Below the pieces are notes generated by a model. The model was not told the origin of the DNA. It was given only the letters and a program-made list of their open reading frames with translations, and searched no databases. 64,000 nt of DNA from a virus: positions 32,001 through 96,000 of IMG/VR virus record IMGVR_UViG_3300017766_003987. One strand, written 5' to 3'. The translations under genes and the position numbers were made by a program. Of the stretch, positions 9,582 to 19,255 are shown piece after piece; position 1 is the stretch's first letter, and each line of letters begins with the position of its first letter.

Positions 9582-9881
9582 ATGAAAAAGTGGCTTCTAC
9601 TCTCACCTATTGGCGGGTTATTTATCGGTCATGGTATGGGGATGGCTTTCTTCTCAAAACAAGAAGACGCAGGACAAAGTCGCGTCGTCACCTTTTCGAG
9701 TGAGGAAACGGCAACGGATTTCGCACTAACTTATTTGTCAGCTTGTGGGCCTCTCGAGGCGATGCCTGTCGAAGTCGCAGGCGAGCAATACGCCACAATC
9801 CCTGAGTTGATCGCAAGTGGATACAAAGATCACTTAGGTTTGCTTTTAGCAAACGTTCAAGCTCACCCAACAATACAATGA
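9582..9881 (+). CDS. hypothetical protein
   Basis: ORF on the coding strand; start uncertain. Confidence 0.45.
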   Translation: MKKWLLLSPIGGLFIGHGMGMAFFSKQEDAGQSRVVTFSSEETATDFALTYLSACGPLEAMPVEVAGEQYATIPELIASGYKDHLGLLLANVQAHPTIQ

Positions 9882-9963
9882 AGACGCCCAAGAGCCCTAT
9901 TGACTCTTAATTGCCGCCCTGTATTGTGGGGACTCTTACATCGTTGGGCAGAGGACACCTGCA

Positions 9964-10695
9964 TTGAATAATCAAAAACCCGAACCGCGCTCCAAAAGCG
10001 ACGGCTCAACTCTTGACTTCCACTCCATGTTCTTCACGCTTCAAGGCGAAGGACCTTTTGCAGGTCATCGCTCGATCTTCGTTCGCCTTGCCGGCTGCAA
10101 TCTGCAATGCCCCGGCTGTGATACCGAGTACACACAAGGGCGTGTTGAGCTCGATATCAACCGGCTCTTCGGTATGGTGATCGAGAAAGCGCGTGAGAAC
10201 GGTGTCATGCGCAACGAAAACTTTTTGATTGTCATTACCGGTGGTGAACCGCTTCGGCAGTCAATCGGGCCATTTGTTGCCATGCTGCTCGACACGGGCT
10301 TTATCGTTCAGATCGAATCCAATGGAGTCTTCGAACCTGATCCCCAGCTGAGCAATATGCTCCATAACCGGGTGCAGAGCTTGCATCTCGTTGTTAGCCC
10401 AAAGACCAAGAAGATCAACCCAATGACCGCGAATTTCGCAACGTGCTTCAAGTACGTTATCGATCATCGCAGCATCGACTACGCCGACGGGTTGCCCATC
10501 AAGGCGCTTGAACACCCCGCGTCCACAGGAGTAGCCCGGCCTCCGTTCGGGTATCGAAAGTCAATCTACGTCAATCCCTATGACGTCCAGAACGATCACG
10601 AAAACCAGCTTAATCTCAAAGCCGCGGCAGTCTCCGCTCAACGCTTCGGTTACATTGCCGGCGTGCAACTGCATAAGCTGATCGGGCTCGAGTGA
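9964..10695 (+). CDS. queE: 7-carboxy-7-deazaguanine synthase (radical SAM)
   Basis: FFTLQGEG, CNLQCPGCDT (CxxxCxxC), ITGGEP, QLHK. Confidence 0.92.
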   Translation: MNNQKPEPRSKSDGSTLDFHSMFFTLQGEGPFAGHRSIFVRLAGCNLQCPGCDTEYTQGRVELDINRLFGMVIEKARENGVMRNENFLIVITGGEPLRQSIGPFVAMLLDTGFIVQIESNGVFEPDPQLSNMLHNRVQSLHLVVSPKTKKINPMTANFATCFKYVIDHRSIDYADGLPIKALEHPASTGVARPPFGYRKSIYVNPYDVQNDHENQLNLKAAAVSAQRFGYIAGVQLHKLIGLE

Positions 10696-10885
10696 TGAAG
10701 TCTTTCAGGGCGGACGGCTTTCCTCGAGATCGCAAGATCAAACACGCAAGCAATCGCCCTGAAAAATCAGGTGCATTCTTTGCCAAGCGTTTTGCGTTGA
10801 CCCAAGAACGCATGGTCGAGATCGGAATCATCCTTCGCAGAATTCGCGAATATCTTGGGTAAACAATCCTAAAGAGGAAACTCAA

Positions 10886-11677
10886 ATGACACAACTTAGC
10901 CCCCTTCACGCCTTGGTCGTTTTCAGCGGTGGCCAGGACAGCACGACTTGCCTCGGCTGGGCACTCGATCGTTTCGAAACAGTCAGCGCAGTGACGTTCG
11001 ATTACAACCAGAAGCACAGGATCGAGCTCGACGCCTCTATCCAGGTCATCCAGCACTTCGAAGAATACACGGGTCGGAAGATCTCGCACGATATCGTGCC
11101 GATCCAGGACATCTTCCTGAGCGCGTCACCGCTCACCAATCCGGACGAACAGCTCGAGATGTATTCCAATCACGACGAGATGGAAGGCATCATCGGGGAT
11201 CGTGTGGAGAAGACCTTCGTTCCCATGCGCAATGCTGTCTTCCTCATGATCGCCGCAAACCGTGCCGTCGCAGCTGGGGCTGGCGTTCTGGTGACCGGTG
11301 TCTGTGAAGCTGACAACGCCAACTATCCAGATTGTCGCAAGGTCTTCATAGACTCTGCTTCTCAGACGATCAACATGGCGCTTGGCATCGACGCTTTCAG
11401 TATCGAGACCCCGCTCATGCGCCTGAGCAAGGCTGATACCGCCAAACTCGCATATGCGACGCCGGGCACCTACGCGGCACTGAAATACTCGCATACCGCC
11501 TATGACGGCAAATATCCGCCGAACGGGCATGACCATGCGTCGATTCTTCGCGCACATGGGTTTGAGCAGGCCGGCATGCCCGATCCTTTGGTCGTTCGTG
11601 CATGGCGTGAGGGCTTGATGGACTTGCCCACAACGTCGAACTACGACACGACCGCAAAGGGTTGGGAACTTCTCTGA
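10886..11677 (+). CDS. queC: 7-cyano-7-deazaguanine (preQ0) synthase
   Basis: SGGQDSTT PP-loop, FDYNQKH, FVPMRN, YPDCR. Confidence 0.92.
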   Translation: MTQLSPLHALVVFSGGQDSTTCLGWALDRFETVSAVTFDYNQKHRIELDASIQVIQHFEEYTGRKISHDIVPIQDIFLSASPLTNPDEQLEMYSNHDEMEGIIGDRVEKTFVPMRNAVFLMIAANRAVAAGAGVLVTGVCEADNANYPDCRKVFIDSASQTINMALGIDAFSIETPLMRLSKADTAKLAYATPGTYAALKYSHTAYDGKYPPNGHDHASILRAHGFEQAGMPDPLVVRAWREGLMDLPTTSNYDTTAKGWELL

Positions 11678-12126
11678 TGACCTACCATTCCAGCAAAATG
11701 TATGGGCACGAGATCGGCTTATCTTGTGCCTTCCGGCAGTGGCGAGCGGTCGAGAGCCACTGTTCGAAGCTTCACGGCTATGCCATCGCCGTCAAACTCG
11801 AGTTTGAGGCAGAAGCTCTCGATCATCGGAACTGGGTGATGGATTTCGGCGGCCTCAAGGCTGTCAAGCAGTATCTCACCGATACTTTCGATCACAAGGT
11901 TCTGGTCGCCCACGACGATCCGGATCATGCTCTTTTCAATGACATGGAAGCAATAGGTATTGCCGACCTAACCCGGGTCGAGCATGTCGGCTGCGAAGCA
12001 TTCGCCGAAATGATCTATCACTGGATCATTAATTGGATGTTTGTCAATAGTCTTGACAGCAGGGTGCGTCTCACCCGTGTCACTGTCAGCGAACACGGCG
12101 CTAATTCCGCCGCTTATTCGGAGTAA
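11677..12126 (+). CDS. queD: 6-carboxy-5,6,7,8-tetrahydropterin synthase
   Basis: HCSKLHGY, MDFGGLK, FDHK; located between queC and folE. Confidence 0.88.
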   Translation: MTYHSSKMYGHEIGLSCAFRQWRAVESHCSKLHGYAIAVKLEFEAEALDHRNWVMDFGGLKAVKQYLTDTFDHKVLVAHDDPDHALFNDMEAIGIADLTRVEHVGCEAFAEMIYHWIINWMFVNSLDSRVRLTRVTVSEHGANSAAYSE

Positions 12127-12132
12127 CATCCT

Positions 12133-12990
12133 GTGGATGAGAAAACAATCACTGCGCTCGCCGCTAAAGCGGACGCGCGAGTAAAAGCCATGTCGCCCGA
12201 AGATCTGGCCAAACTATGGGAAGAGCAGAAGCAAAGCGGGGTGAAGGGCGAAGCTGGTATAGGCAACGACCGAGATGAAGTAGAAGTTCGGCAGCCGGTG
12301 AGCGAACGAGTTGATAGCAACGGAAGAAAGATTGCTTTCTTCAACGATGGGACGTTTATCAGGGAAGCTGATCAGACTCAACCCGAAAGAGTCGTTCCTG
12401 CGGTAACGCGGCGTCGTGTGGCATCTTCGTTTGAAACGACCATGTCGGACGGTTCTATTCGGCATGGTGACTGGCTTCAGACTTACACGGGCAAGGCATT
12501 CTTCCCGTTCGATCCTCGGCCCGAAGATATCGACATTGAGGATATTGCACATGCCCTCTCCCACCAATGTCGCTATGGCGGGCATACCAGCCGTTTCTAC
12601 TCGGTCGCTGAGCATTGCGTGATCCTCTCAACGAAAGTCGAACCGCAGTATGCCTTGGCGGCACTGATGCACGATTGCGCCGAAGCGTACCTGGTCGACA
12701 TTCCTCGCCCTGTGAAATACTCGCTTGTCGGGTATAAAGAACTCGAAGTTCTGGTCGAAAAAGCAATCGCTGCGAAATTCAATTTGCAGTATCCTTGGCC
12801 TGAACAAGTCATGGCTTTCGATACCCGGATGATCCGCGACGAAGGTAACGAGCTCATGGGCGGCGGGGTCAACGACTGGAACAAATACGGCGAGACGCTC
12901 GACGCTCGCCCGTTTGGGGTGACCCCTATCGTCGCCAAGCAGGCATTCCTGCGCCGCTTTCACGAACTACATCAAGAGGGAGCCATTTAA
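12133..12990 (+). CDS. HD-domain 5'-deoxynucleotidase (YfbR-like) with N-terminal extension
   Basis: DIAHALSHQCRYGGH, YSVAEH, LMHDCAEAYLVDIPRP. Confidence 0.8.
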   Translation: MDEKTITALAAKADARVKAMSPEDLAKLWEEQKQSGVKGEAGIGNDRDEVEVRQPVSERVDSNGRKIAFFNDGTFIREADQTQPERVVPAVTRRRVASSFETTMSDGSIRHGDWLQTYTGKAFFPFDPRPEDIDIEDIAHALSHQCRYGGHTSRFYSVAEHCVILSTKVEPQYALAALMHDCAEAYLVDIPRPVKYSLVGYKELEVLVEKAIAAKFNLQYPWPEQVMAFDTRMIRDEGNELMGGGVNDWNKYGETLDARPFGVTPIVAKQAFLRRFHELHQEGAI

Positions 12991-13559
12991 TGGCCATGTT
13001 GCGCGATTACCCCGTAGGCATCGAACAGGCCACTCGGCTTCTGCTTGACGAGATCGGCGAAGATATTGATCGCCCCGGCTTGCTCGAGACGCCTGAGCGC
13101 GTCGCCAAAGCGTGGGCCGAATGGACTTCCGGTTACGACATGGACCCCAAAGAGGTCATCAAGATCTTCGAAGAGGGCGACTACAATGAGATGGTGATTG
13201 TCAAGAACATTCCCATCTATTCGAAGTGTGAACATCACCTTGCCGATATCTTCGGCACAGCTACAATTGCCTACATTCCGCAGGGTAAGGTTCTCGGCTT
13301 ATCAAAGCTTTCCCGTCTCGCCAACGTCTTCGCTCGCCGCCTCCAGGTTCAGGAACGCATGACAGTGCAGATTGCAGACGCTCTTTTCAAGAGTGACCTG
13401 GACCCGAAAGGCGTTGGCGTTCAGCTGCGTTGCCGACACATGTGCATGGAATCTCGAGGCACCAACCAGCAGGGTCATCATACGGTGACAACTGCATTGC
13501 GTGGTGTTTTGTTTGCCGGCGAACCCCGCGCCGAATTCCTCGCCGCGGTTGGAGGGTAA
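12990..13559 (+). CDS. folE: GTP cyclohydrolase I
   Basis: ETPERVAK, CEHHL, GLSKL, LQVQER, HMCMESRG. Confidence 0.95.
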   Translation: MAMLRDYPVGIEQATRLLLDEIGEDIDRPGLLETPERVAKAWAEWTSGYDMDPKEVIKIFEEGDYNEMVIVKNIPIYSKCEHHLADIFGTATIAYIPQGKVLGLSKLSRLANVFARRLQVQERMTVQIADALFKSDLDPKGVGVQLRCRHMCMESRGTNQQGHHTVTTALRGVLFAGEPRAEFLAAVGG

Positions 13560-13560
13560 A

Positions 13561-13980
13561 ATGAACCTAGCAATTCGCATTCTCGTCATTATGGCGCTTG
13601 GCGCCTGGACCATCTGGCCTGAGCCGTGGGGCTTCGGCATGTTCACGCTCGGCATGATCAGCGTTAACCCCGTAGTAGGCCTGACAATGGCCATCCTGTG
13701 GACGATTGTCGTCTTCACTGTGCTGCCGCTCAAGCTTCGGCACTACAAGCTCGGAACTCAGATCGCACTTGTCGCGATGATACTGGTCATGCACTATCAG
13801 GCATATGCGATGGGTTTCATTTCGCTAGCGAACTACGCGCCTTGGCTGATCTCGTTCGCCATGTCGGGAATTTTCGTTCTGGTGGCCTGGCCTATGATCG
13901 CCAATAGGCTCTGGCAGTGGACCCATTACCAGCGTGCCGTCGATCCGCAGACCGCGGATGTTAACGAGCACTCGCACTGA
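13561..13980 (+). CDS. multi-pass membrane protein
   Basis: About four hydrophobic segments; GGAGG SD. Confidence 0.6.
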   Translation: MNLAIRILVIMALGAWTIWPEPWGFGMFTLGMISVNPVVGLTMAILWTIVVFTVLPLKLRHYKLGTQIALVAMILVMHYQAYAMGFISLANYAPWLISFAMSGIFVLVAWPMIANRLWQWTHYQRAVDPQTADVNEHSH

Positions 13981-14017
13981 TCTGTAAAGATCGAGACGGC
14001 CCCCGGCGCGGAGTGAG

Positions 14018-15202
14018 ATGACGATGAAAGATTTTCTGATTTACGGCAAGCATGACGAAAACACGCTTGCGCAAATGACGACTTGCATGGCGTTTGACGA
14101 CGCTGCGGCAGGCGTACTCTGTGCGGATGGGCATCTTGGTTATGCCCATCCCATCGGGGGTGTGGTCGGTTATACTGACCACATTAGCATTAGCGGTGTT
14201 GGTTTTGATATTGCTTGCGGCAACATGGCTGTGCGTCTTGACGCTCGCGCCGATGACATTCGTCCACAGGTAGGGAAAATCTTGGCTGATATCGCAGCTG
14301 TTGTGAGCTTCGGCGTCGGTCGATCCAACGACGAGAAGGTCGATCACGATTTGTTCGATAGCCGGCTCTGGGAAGATGCCGGGGTGCCTGAACTGAAGAC
14401 GATGGCTCGCAATCAGCTTGGGACCGTCGGATCAGGAAACCATTACGTCGATCTTTTCGAAGATGATGCAGGGTTTGTCTGGATTGGCAACCATTTCGGA
14501 TCGCGTGGCCTCGGACATAAAATCACGACCAAGTACCTGGAGCTTGCTGGGGCCAAAGACGGGATGCTCGTTCCTCCTGCGTTGGTTCCGGCAGACGACG
14601 ATCTCGGACGCGGCTATATGGCGGGCGTTGAGCTGGGAGGTCTGTATGCTTACGCTGGTCGTGAGTGGGTGATTGAGCGCGTGCGCAAGATCATCGGCGG
14701 CAACGTCACGTTCTCGGTTCACAATCACCATAACTGGTGTTGGCGTGAAACCCATAACGGGATTGACATGTGGGTTGTTCGAAAGGGTGCTACGCCGGCA
14801 TTCCCCGGGCAATACGGCTTCGTCGGCGGATCGATGGGCGATGACGCGGTGATCCTTCGCGGTATTGATAGTCCGCTTTCGAAAGCTTCGCTCTATTCCA
14901 CGGTTCACGGGGCGGGGCGTATCATGTCACGCACCGAGGCACGCGGTCGTTTCGTTCGAGATCCTATTACCAAAAAGAAAGAGCGTCAACCCGGTCGAGT
15001 TCGTCATGACGAATGGCAGAACTGGATACGTGACAAGGGCGTTACGTTGATTGGAGCGGACTTGGACGAGGCGCCCCAGGCATATCGTCGTCTTCCTGAG
15101 GTCCTTGCAGCTCATGCCGGCACGGTAGAGATCATGCATACTTTGCATCCGTTTGGGGTCATCATGGCCGGCGCAAACGAATTCGATCCTTACAAAGATT
15201 AA
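14018..15202 (+). CDS. rtcB: RtcB-family RNA ligase
   Basis: DGHLGY, GVGFDIACG, GTVGSGNHY, HFGSRG, HNHHN, HGAGR, DEAPQAY. Confidence 0.92.
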   Translation: MTMKDFLIYGKHDENTLAQMTTCMAFDDAAAGVLCADGHLGYAHPIGGVVGYTDHISISGVGFDIACGNMAVRLDARADDIRPQVGKILADIAAVVSFGVGRSNDEKVDHDLFDSRLWEDAGVPELKTMARNQLGTVGSGNHYVDLFEDDAGFVWIGNHFGSRGLGHKITTKYLELAGAKDGMLVPPALVPADDDLGRGYMAGVELGGLYAYAGREWVIERVRKIIGGNVTFSVHNHHNWCWRETHNGIDMWVVRKGATPAFPGQYGFVGGSMGDDAVILRGIDSPLSKASLYSTVHGAGRIMSRTEARGRFVRDPITKKKERQPGRVRHDEWQNWIRDKGVTLIGADLDEAPQAYRRLPEVLAAHAGTVEIMHTLHPFGVIMAGANEFDPYKD

Positions 15203-15525
15203 TGAGCCGTAAACCGGGTCTTATCAAACTGAGACTCCGCTTGCACCCGCACGCGGAGTTTCTTTTTGCTGAAATGGCCAACCAGCAATGCACCGCGCAA
15301 CAGATGGCAGAGCGTTCAGGTGTCTCGAAAGCAACAATATTCAACTGGTCGCAGGGTAGATCCAATCCCGGGATGATCGATCTGGAAGCTTGCCTCAACG
15401 TTTTAGGCTTTTCGCTTGTGATCCGCAAGCAGTTAACACAGCCCAGCAAACACCTTGCCACCCATCCACAGGGATGCGATTGTCGGCATTGCAAAACGCA
15501 GACAAAAGGAACTCCTGATGCGTGA
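15202..15525 (+). CDS. XRE-family HTH regulator
   Basis: TAQQMAERSGVSKATIFNWSQGRSNP. Confidence 0.7.
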   Translation: MSRKPGLIKLRLRLHPHAEFLFAEMANQQCTAQQMAERSGVSKATIFNWSQGRSNPGMIDLEACLNVLGFSLVIRKQLTQPSKHLATHPQGCDCRHCKTQTKGTPDA

Positions 15526-15796
15526 TCCCAACGACGAACCGCACTTTTATCAGACGGGTGCACTTTCCGAAAAGAACATCGTCCTGCTCGCTGAGGCGTG
15601 CCGCGCCTATTCGCAGGTCGATGGCGTCGATCTCCAGAAGACAGACGACCTGATTGCTCTCGCCGAGCACTTCGAAGACGCAGAGGGCAACCTCATTCCT
15701 GTGGACGGGCCCGACACGGTCAATGCCGAGGAAGAAGGGCTCGAGATCGAAGACGAAGATGGCGACGACGATCTCACCGAGGGTGACGACGACTAG
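15518..15796 (+). CDS. acidic hypothetical protein
   Basis: AAAGGA SD before MRDPND; D/E-rich tail. Confidence 0.55.
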   Translation: MRDPNDEPHFYQTGALSEKNIVLLAEACRAYSQVDGVDLQKTDDLIALAEHFEDAEGNLIPVDGPDTVNAEEEGLEIEDEDGDDDLTEGDDD

Positions 15797-15875
15797 GCAA
15801 TCGTCAAAGTCGCTTCTTCAGTTGTCCCACACTGCAAGGTGTGGGACAACTTGTTTTCAATAGGAGCCCCATCGC

Positions 15876-16118
15876 ATGTCTGCTGATCATGACGCCGAAA
15901 AAGAACTAATCGCTTTGTCCAAGGATCAGCGCTTGTTCTTTGAAAAGCTGATGCCTGGGATGAAGCTTTACCCGTATCAGGAAGAGTTAATTTCTGCAAT
16001 TCTGAACGGCAAAGTTACTCGGAAGCTTATAATGCATCGTCGGCCCATTGGCAAAACCCCGATGATGCGAGCTGTTGAAAAATATCTCGAAGAGCATCCT
16101 AATGCCGACAAACAATAG
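15876..16118 (+). CDS. hypothetical protein (helicase/terminase N-terminal-like fragment)
   Basis: LYPYQ and RRPIGKT resemble Q-motif/Walker A remnants. Confidence 0.4.
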   Translation: MSADHDAEKELIALSKDQRLFFEKLMPGMKLYPYQEELISAILNGKVTRKLIMHRRPIGKTPMMRAVEKYLEEHPNADKQ

Positions 16119-16281
16119 CTCCGAAGATGATTGGGAATTCGAAGAGGTCGTTCCTGACCAGTGGCGCTGCGAAGACTGCGGCCATGAGTTCACGAAGAAA
16201 TGGCCTCCGAAGGGCGTCGAAGCGAAGCCTTGCAAATGCCCGAAATGTAAGTCATATTCAGCAGCGCCTGTGGGGAGATAG
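16102..16281 (+). CDS. zinc-ribbon protein
   Basis: CEDCGHEF...CPKCKS. Confidence 0.55.
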   Translation: MPTNNSSEDDWEFEEVVPDQWRCEDCGHEFTKKWPPKGVEAKPCKCPKCKSYSAAPVGR

Positions 16282-16283
16282 AC

Positions 16284-16583
16284 ATGTCGGGATACCGTAA
16301 GAGTTGGGGTCAGGTAATGAACCGCCTTATTGAGATTCGGGGCAAGGAAAAGAACGAAGACTTCTTCCTTATCGAATGCAAGGGCGACCAAGTCACGTTT
16401 GAATACGTCCTTGAGTGCGAGATCAATACGTTGCCGACGGCTGAATTTGTCGACTTGCTTGAGCAGGCTGAAATTCTCTATTTGCCATCCCCTGAGCTTG
16501 CGCAGAAGATTACTTCGGATGGGATTACCGAGCTTTCGAAGCTGAAAGAAAAACTTGCCGCTCAAGGGATCATTGTTGAATGA
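16284..16583 (+). CDS. hypothetical protein
   Basis: GGAG SD, ATGA overlap. Confidence 0.55.
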   Translation: MSGYRKSWGQVMNRLIEIRGKEKNEDFFLIECKGDQVTFEYVLECEINTLPTAEFVDLLEQAEILYLPSPELAQKITSDGITELSKLKEKLAAQGIIVE

Positions 16584-16912
16584 GGATGTGGGATGTTCCG
16601 CCTGCGACAATGTGTCGGCAACATTTGCTCGGTGAGCATCTCGAGATGCACATGTTTGTAGGTGCTATCGCCAAGGGCACGAGCATGTATGGCTATATCG
16701 AGAATGGACTTCTCGACGTGTCAAAGCTTCAATCTCGGCACGACGAGCTGGTCACCGAAATGACCAATCGCGGCATGAAACACAAATCCCCGTTGCCTGA
16801 GATCCCCGAGCATCCGTGGCGTGCCGAAGCGATTGACGTTAATGTCAGTCTGCTCGAGCTCGCGCATAGGTGCGCTGAGTGTCAGAAGCTACAGGACGCA
16901 TATTACAAGTGA
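16580..16912 (+). CDS. pyrimidine-dimer DNA glycosylase / endonuclease V family protein
   Basis: MRMW...RQHLLGEHLEMH...RHDELVTEMTNRGMKHKSP. Confidence 0.7.
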   Translation: MRMWDVPPATMCRQHLLGEHLEMHMFVGAIAKGTSMYGYIENGLLDVSKLQSRHDELVTEMTNRGMKHKSPLPEIPEHPWRAEAIDVNVSLLELAHRCAECQKLQDAYYK

Positions 16913-17081
16913 AGTTTGTATATACGCCTACCGAGTTTTGTGAATATATAATCCGCAGTCGTCTTGAACCTGGAATCCCCTTAATAGTCGACCGGAGACC
17001 TCTCCCTTACACGACAGGGGAACCTAGCTGGGTTTACAGCAAGTGTCGAGAACGAAACCTAGAAAAGACGGTTGAGATAGA

Positions 17082-17984
17082 ATGAGGCTCTTTAACGCCG
17101 GTATCTATACGTCGAATTTTGACAAGCTGGGCACCGTGTATGCTAGACTCACGGACAGTGAGCGTGCAATGCGCGATAGCTGCGCCAACTTCCTCGAGTC
17201 TTATCATTACGTGCATTCGCAGCGATACGTTGACAAGATGCGCCGTGACGGTATCAAAGTTTTTCTCGATTCCGGGGCGTTCTCGGCTTTCTCACAGGGC
17301 ATCTCGGTCGATATAAATGCATACTGCGATTACATCCACAGGAATGATGATATCATCGAATTTCCATCTGTGCTTGACGCCATCGGTGATCCTGATGGAA
17401 CCTGGCGCAACCAAGAAGAGATGGAACGACAAGGCACGCACCCCCTCCCCTGCTATCACTATGGCGAGCCGGTTGAAGTTTTGCAGTATTACATCTCAAA
17501 GTACGAATACATAACCATCGGTGGCATGGTGCCAATTTCGACTCCTCAGCTCAAGATTTGGCTTGACCGAATTTGGGCGGAGTTCTTGACGCATGAAGAC
17601 GGCACCCCAAAAGTTAAAGTGCATGGGTTTGGTTTGACTTCGCTCCCTCTTATGTTCAGGTACCCGTGGTATAGCGTGGATTCGTCAACATGGGTGCAGT
17701 GGGCGGCAAATGGCATGATCCTGATCCCCGGCAAGGCTGGGCAGGTTGACGTTTCGAACAAGTCGAGTCGTCGTAAACAGCGCGGCCAGCACATGGATAG
17801 CGTGGCGCCCCTCGAAACAGCCGCAATCGAGAACGAGATCCAAAGTTTCGGTGGTGACCCCGAACGCCTTCGCGATCTATACTATTCTCGTTGGGCCTGG
17901 AACGCATGGGCCTTCCCGACTTATGCTAAGGACAAGCACTGGGAGGGAGATAAATTTGAAACCATCGAACAACGCTTGTTTTGA
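17082..17984 (+). CDS. dpdA: DpdA-like DNA-guanine transglycosylase (TGT fold)
   Basis: FLDSGAFSA, LDAIGD, ITIGGMV, VHGFG, YSVDSSTW; co-occurs with folE/queD/queE/queC. Confidence 0.75.
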   Translation: MRLFNAGIYTSNFDKLGTVYARLTDSERAMRDSCANFLESYHYVHSQRYVDKMRRDGIKVFLDSGAFSAFSQGISVDINAYCDYIHRNDDIIEFPSVLDAIGDPDGTWRNQEEMERQGTHPLPCYHYGEPVEVLQYYISKYEYITIGGMVPISTPQLKIWLDRIWAEFLTHEDGTPKVKVHGFGLTSLPLMFRYPWYSVDSSTWVQWAANGMILIPGKAGQVDVSNKSSRRKQRGQHMDSVAPLETAAIENEIQSFGGDPERLRDLYYSRWAWNAWAFPTYAKDKHWEGDKFETIEQRLF

Positions 17985-17996
17985 AAGGACAAACGT

Positions 17997-19073
17997 ATGA
18001 ACTTCCGCAACTCCCTGATGGCAATTGCACTTGCAGTCGCTGCATTCTCGGCTCCGGTATTTGCGCAGACCGCGCCGCCCGCCGCCGACGTAACCCTGAG
18101 CCTCACAGCGAACATGCCGAACCTCAAGGATGCCAAGGCACTCAACACTTTCTCCGGCAAGATCATCGATGCGCAGCTTCGCGAGACGTCGATTCTGAAG
18201 TGCACGGCGGGTCGTTCGAAGTGGGCAGTGTTCCACGAGAACAAAACCTGCGCTTCTCAGCCGGGTTCGGGCACTGAATTGTTCATCGCCAAGACGAATA
18301 CATGGGTCCCGCGCGTGCTTCTCGGTGGCTTCTACGAAGTTCAGGAGGATGGCACGACTGAAGGGTCCACCCTCGTCTATGACTATCAGGCGGTCGGTGC
18401 AGTTGCCCCGAGCAAGGGCGCGTTCGGCGGTTCGCTTCTGCTGAAGCCTGAGCTCGCTTCGACAGGTGCCAAGGGTCTGGTGGACGACGTCCTCGGCGGT
18501 CTGACAAAGCAGGCTGGTTCGGCGGTGATCAACAAGGAAACGGACACCATCACGTTCGCCAACTTTTGCCTGCCGTCGGCGGGTTACCCCTCCGATAAAG
18601 GGACTTGCTTCAACGGTGACGCGGTATATAGCTACCAGAATTATGCCTGGTTCTTCCGCGTCAATGCGAAGTTCAAGGATCAGGACATCCGTCTGGAAGG
18701 CAACATGCCCTTCACCACGCCAGCCATCCCCGAGAATGTCGACCCGAACAAGCCTGCTGTTACTGAATACAATGTCAGTCTTCAGATCCCCGGCCAGGTT
18801 GCCGCCTCCACCACCACCGACGATGACGCTGCCCTCTTCGCAGAGTTCGATCCCGACGCCGGTCTGTCTGCCCTGCCGAACGGTATTTCCGGCAAGCTCA
18901 CGATGAAGAACTCGGCTTACACCGAAGTCGCAATCGGTCAGGAAACCATCCTCGCAGCGACCGCGGTTCAGCTTGATGGCACGCTTCACGGTACGGGAAT
19001 CCCTCTCGAGGTCGTTCGTGCCTTCGGCAAGCTGATTGTCGAGATTCTGCCTGAGACCTTCGTCGGTCCGTAA
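17997..19073 (+). CDS. exported protein of unknown function
   Basis: Signal peptide ending APVFA-Q; strong codon bias; GAAAGGA SD. Confidence 0.7.
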   Translation: MNFRNSLMAIALAVAAFSAPVFAQTAPPAADVTLSLTANMPNLKDAKALNTFSGKIIDAQLRETSILKCTAGRSKWAVFHENKTCASQPGSGTELFIAKTNTWVPRVLLGGFYEVQEDGTTEGSTLVYDYQAVGAVAPSKGAFGGSLLLKPELASTGAKGLVDDVLGGLTKQAGSAVINKETDTITFANFCLPSAGYPSDKGTCFNGDAVYSYQNYAWFFRVNAKFKDQDIRLEGNMPFTTPAIPENVDPNKPAVTEYNVSLQIPGQVAASTTTDDDAALFAEFDPDAGLSALPNGISGKLTMKNSAYTEVAIGQETILAATAVQLDGTLHGTGIPLEVVRAFGKLIVEILPETFVGP

Positions 19074-19130
19074 TCCTATCAATACACCCCGGCAATCGTG
19101 TCGGGGTGCAACTTCCAGAATTGCTTTATG

Positions 19131-19216
19131 GCTTAGTCGATACGGGGCAGGACCGTAGCCGTGACCGAAGAGGGAAACCTCCAAGTTAGGCATGTGGTGT
19201 AACACTTCGACTAAGC
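19131..19216 (+). ncRNA. candidate structured leader RNA (four-way junction) upstream of pnuC
   Basis: 10-bp closing stem GCTTAGTCGA/TCGACTAAGC enclosing three hairpins, one with a GAAA tetraloop. Confidence 0.5.
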
Positions 19217-19255
19217 TTTATGGCAATTACGGTAATCAAAAGGAACCCCGTAAAA

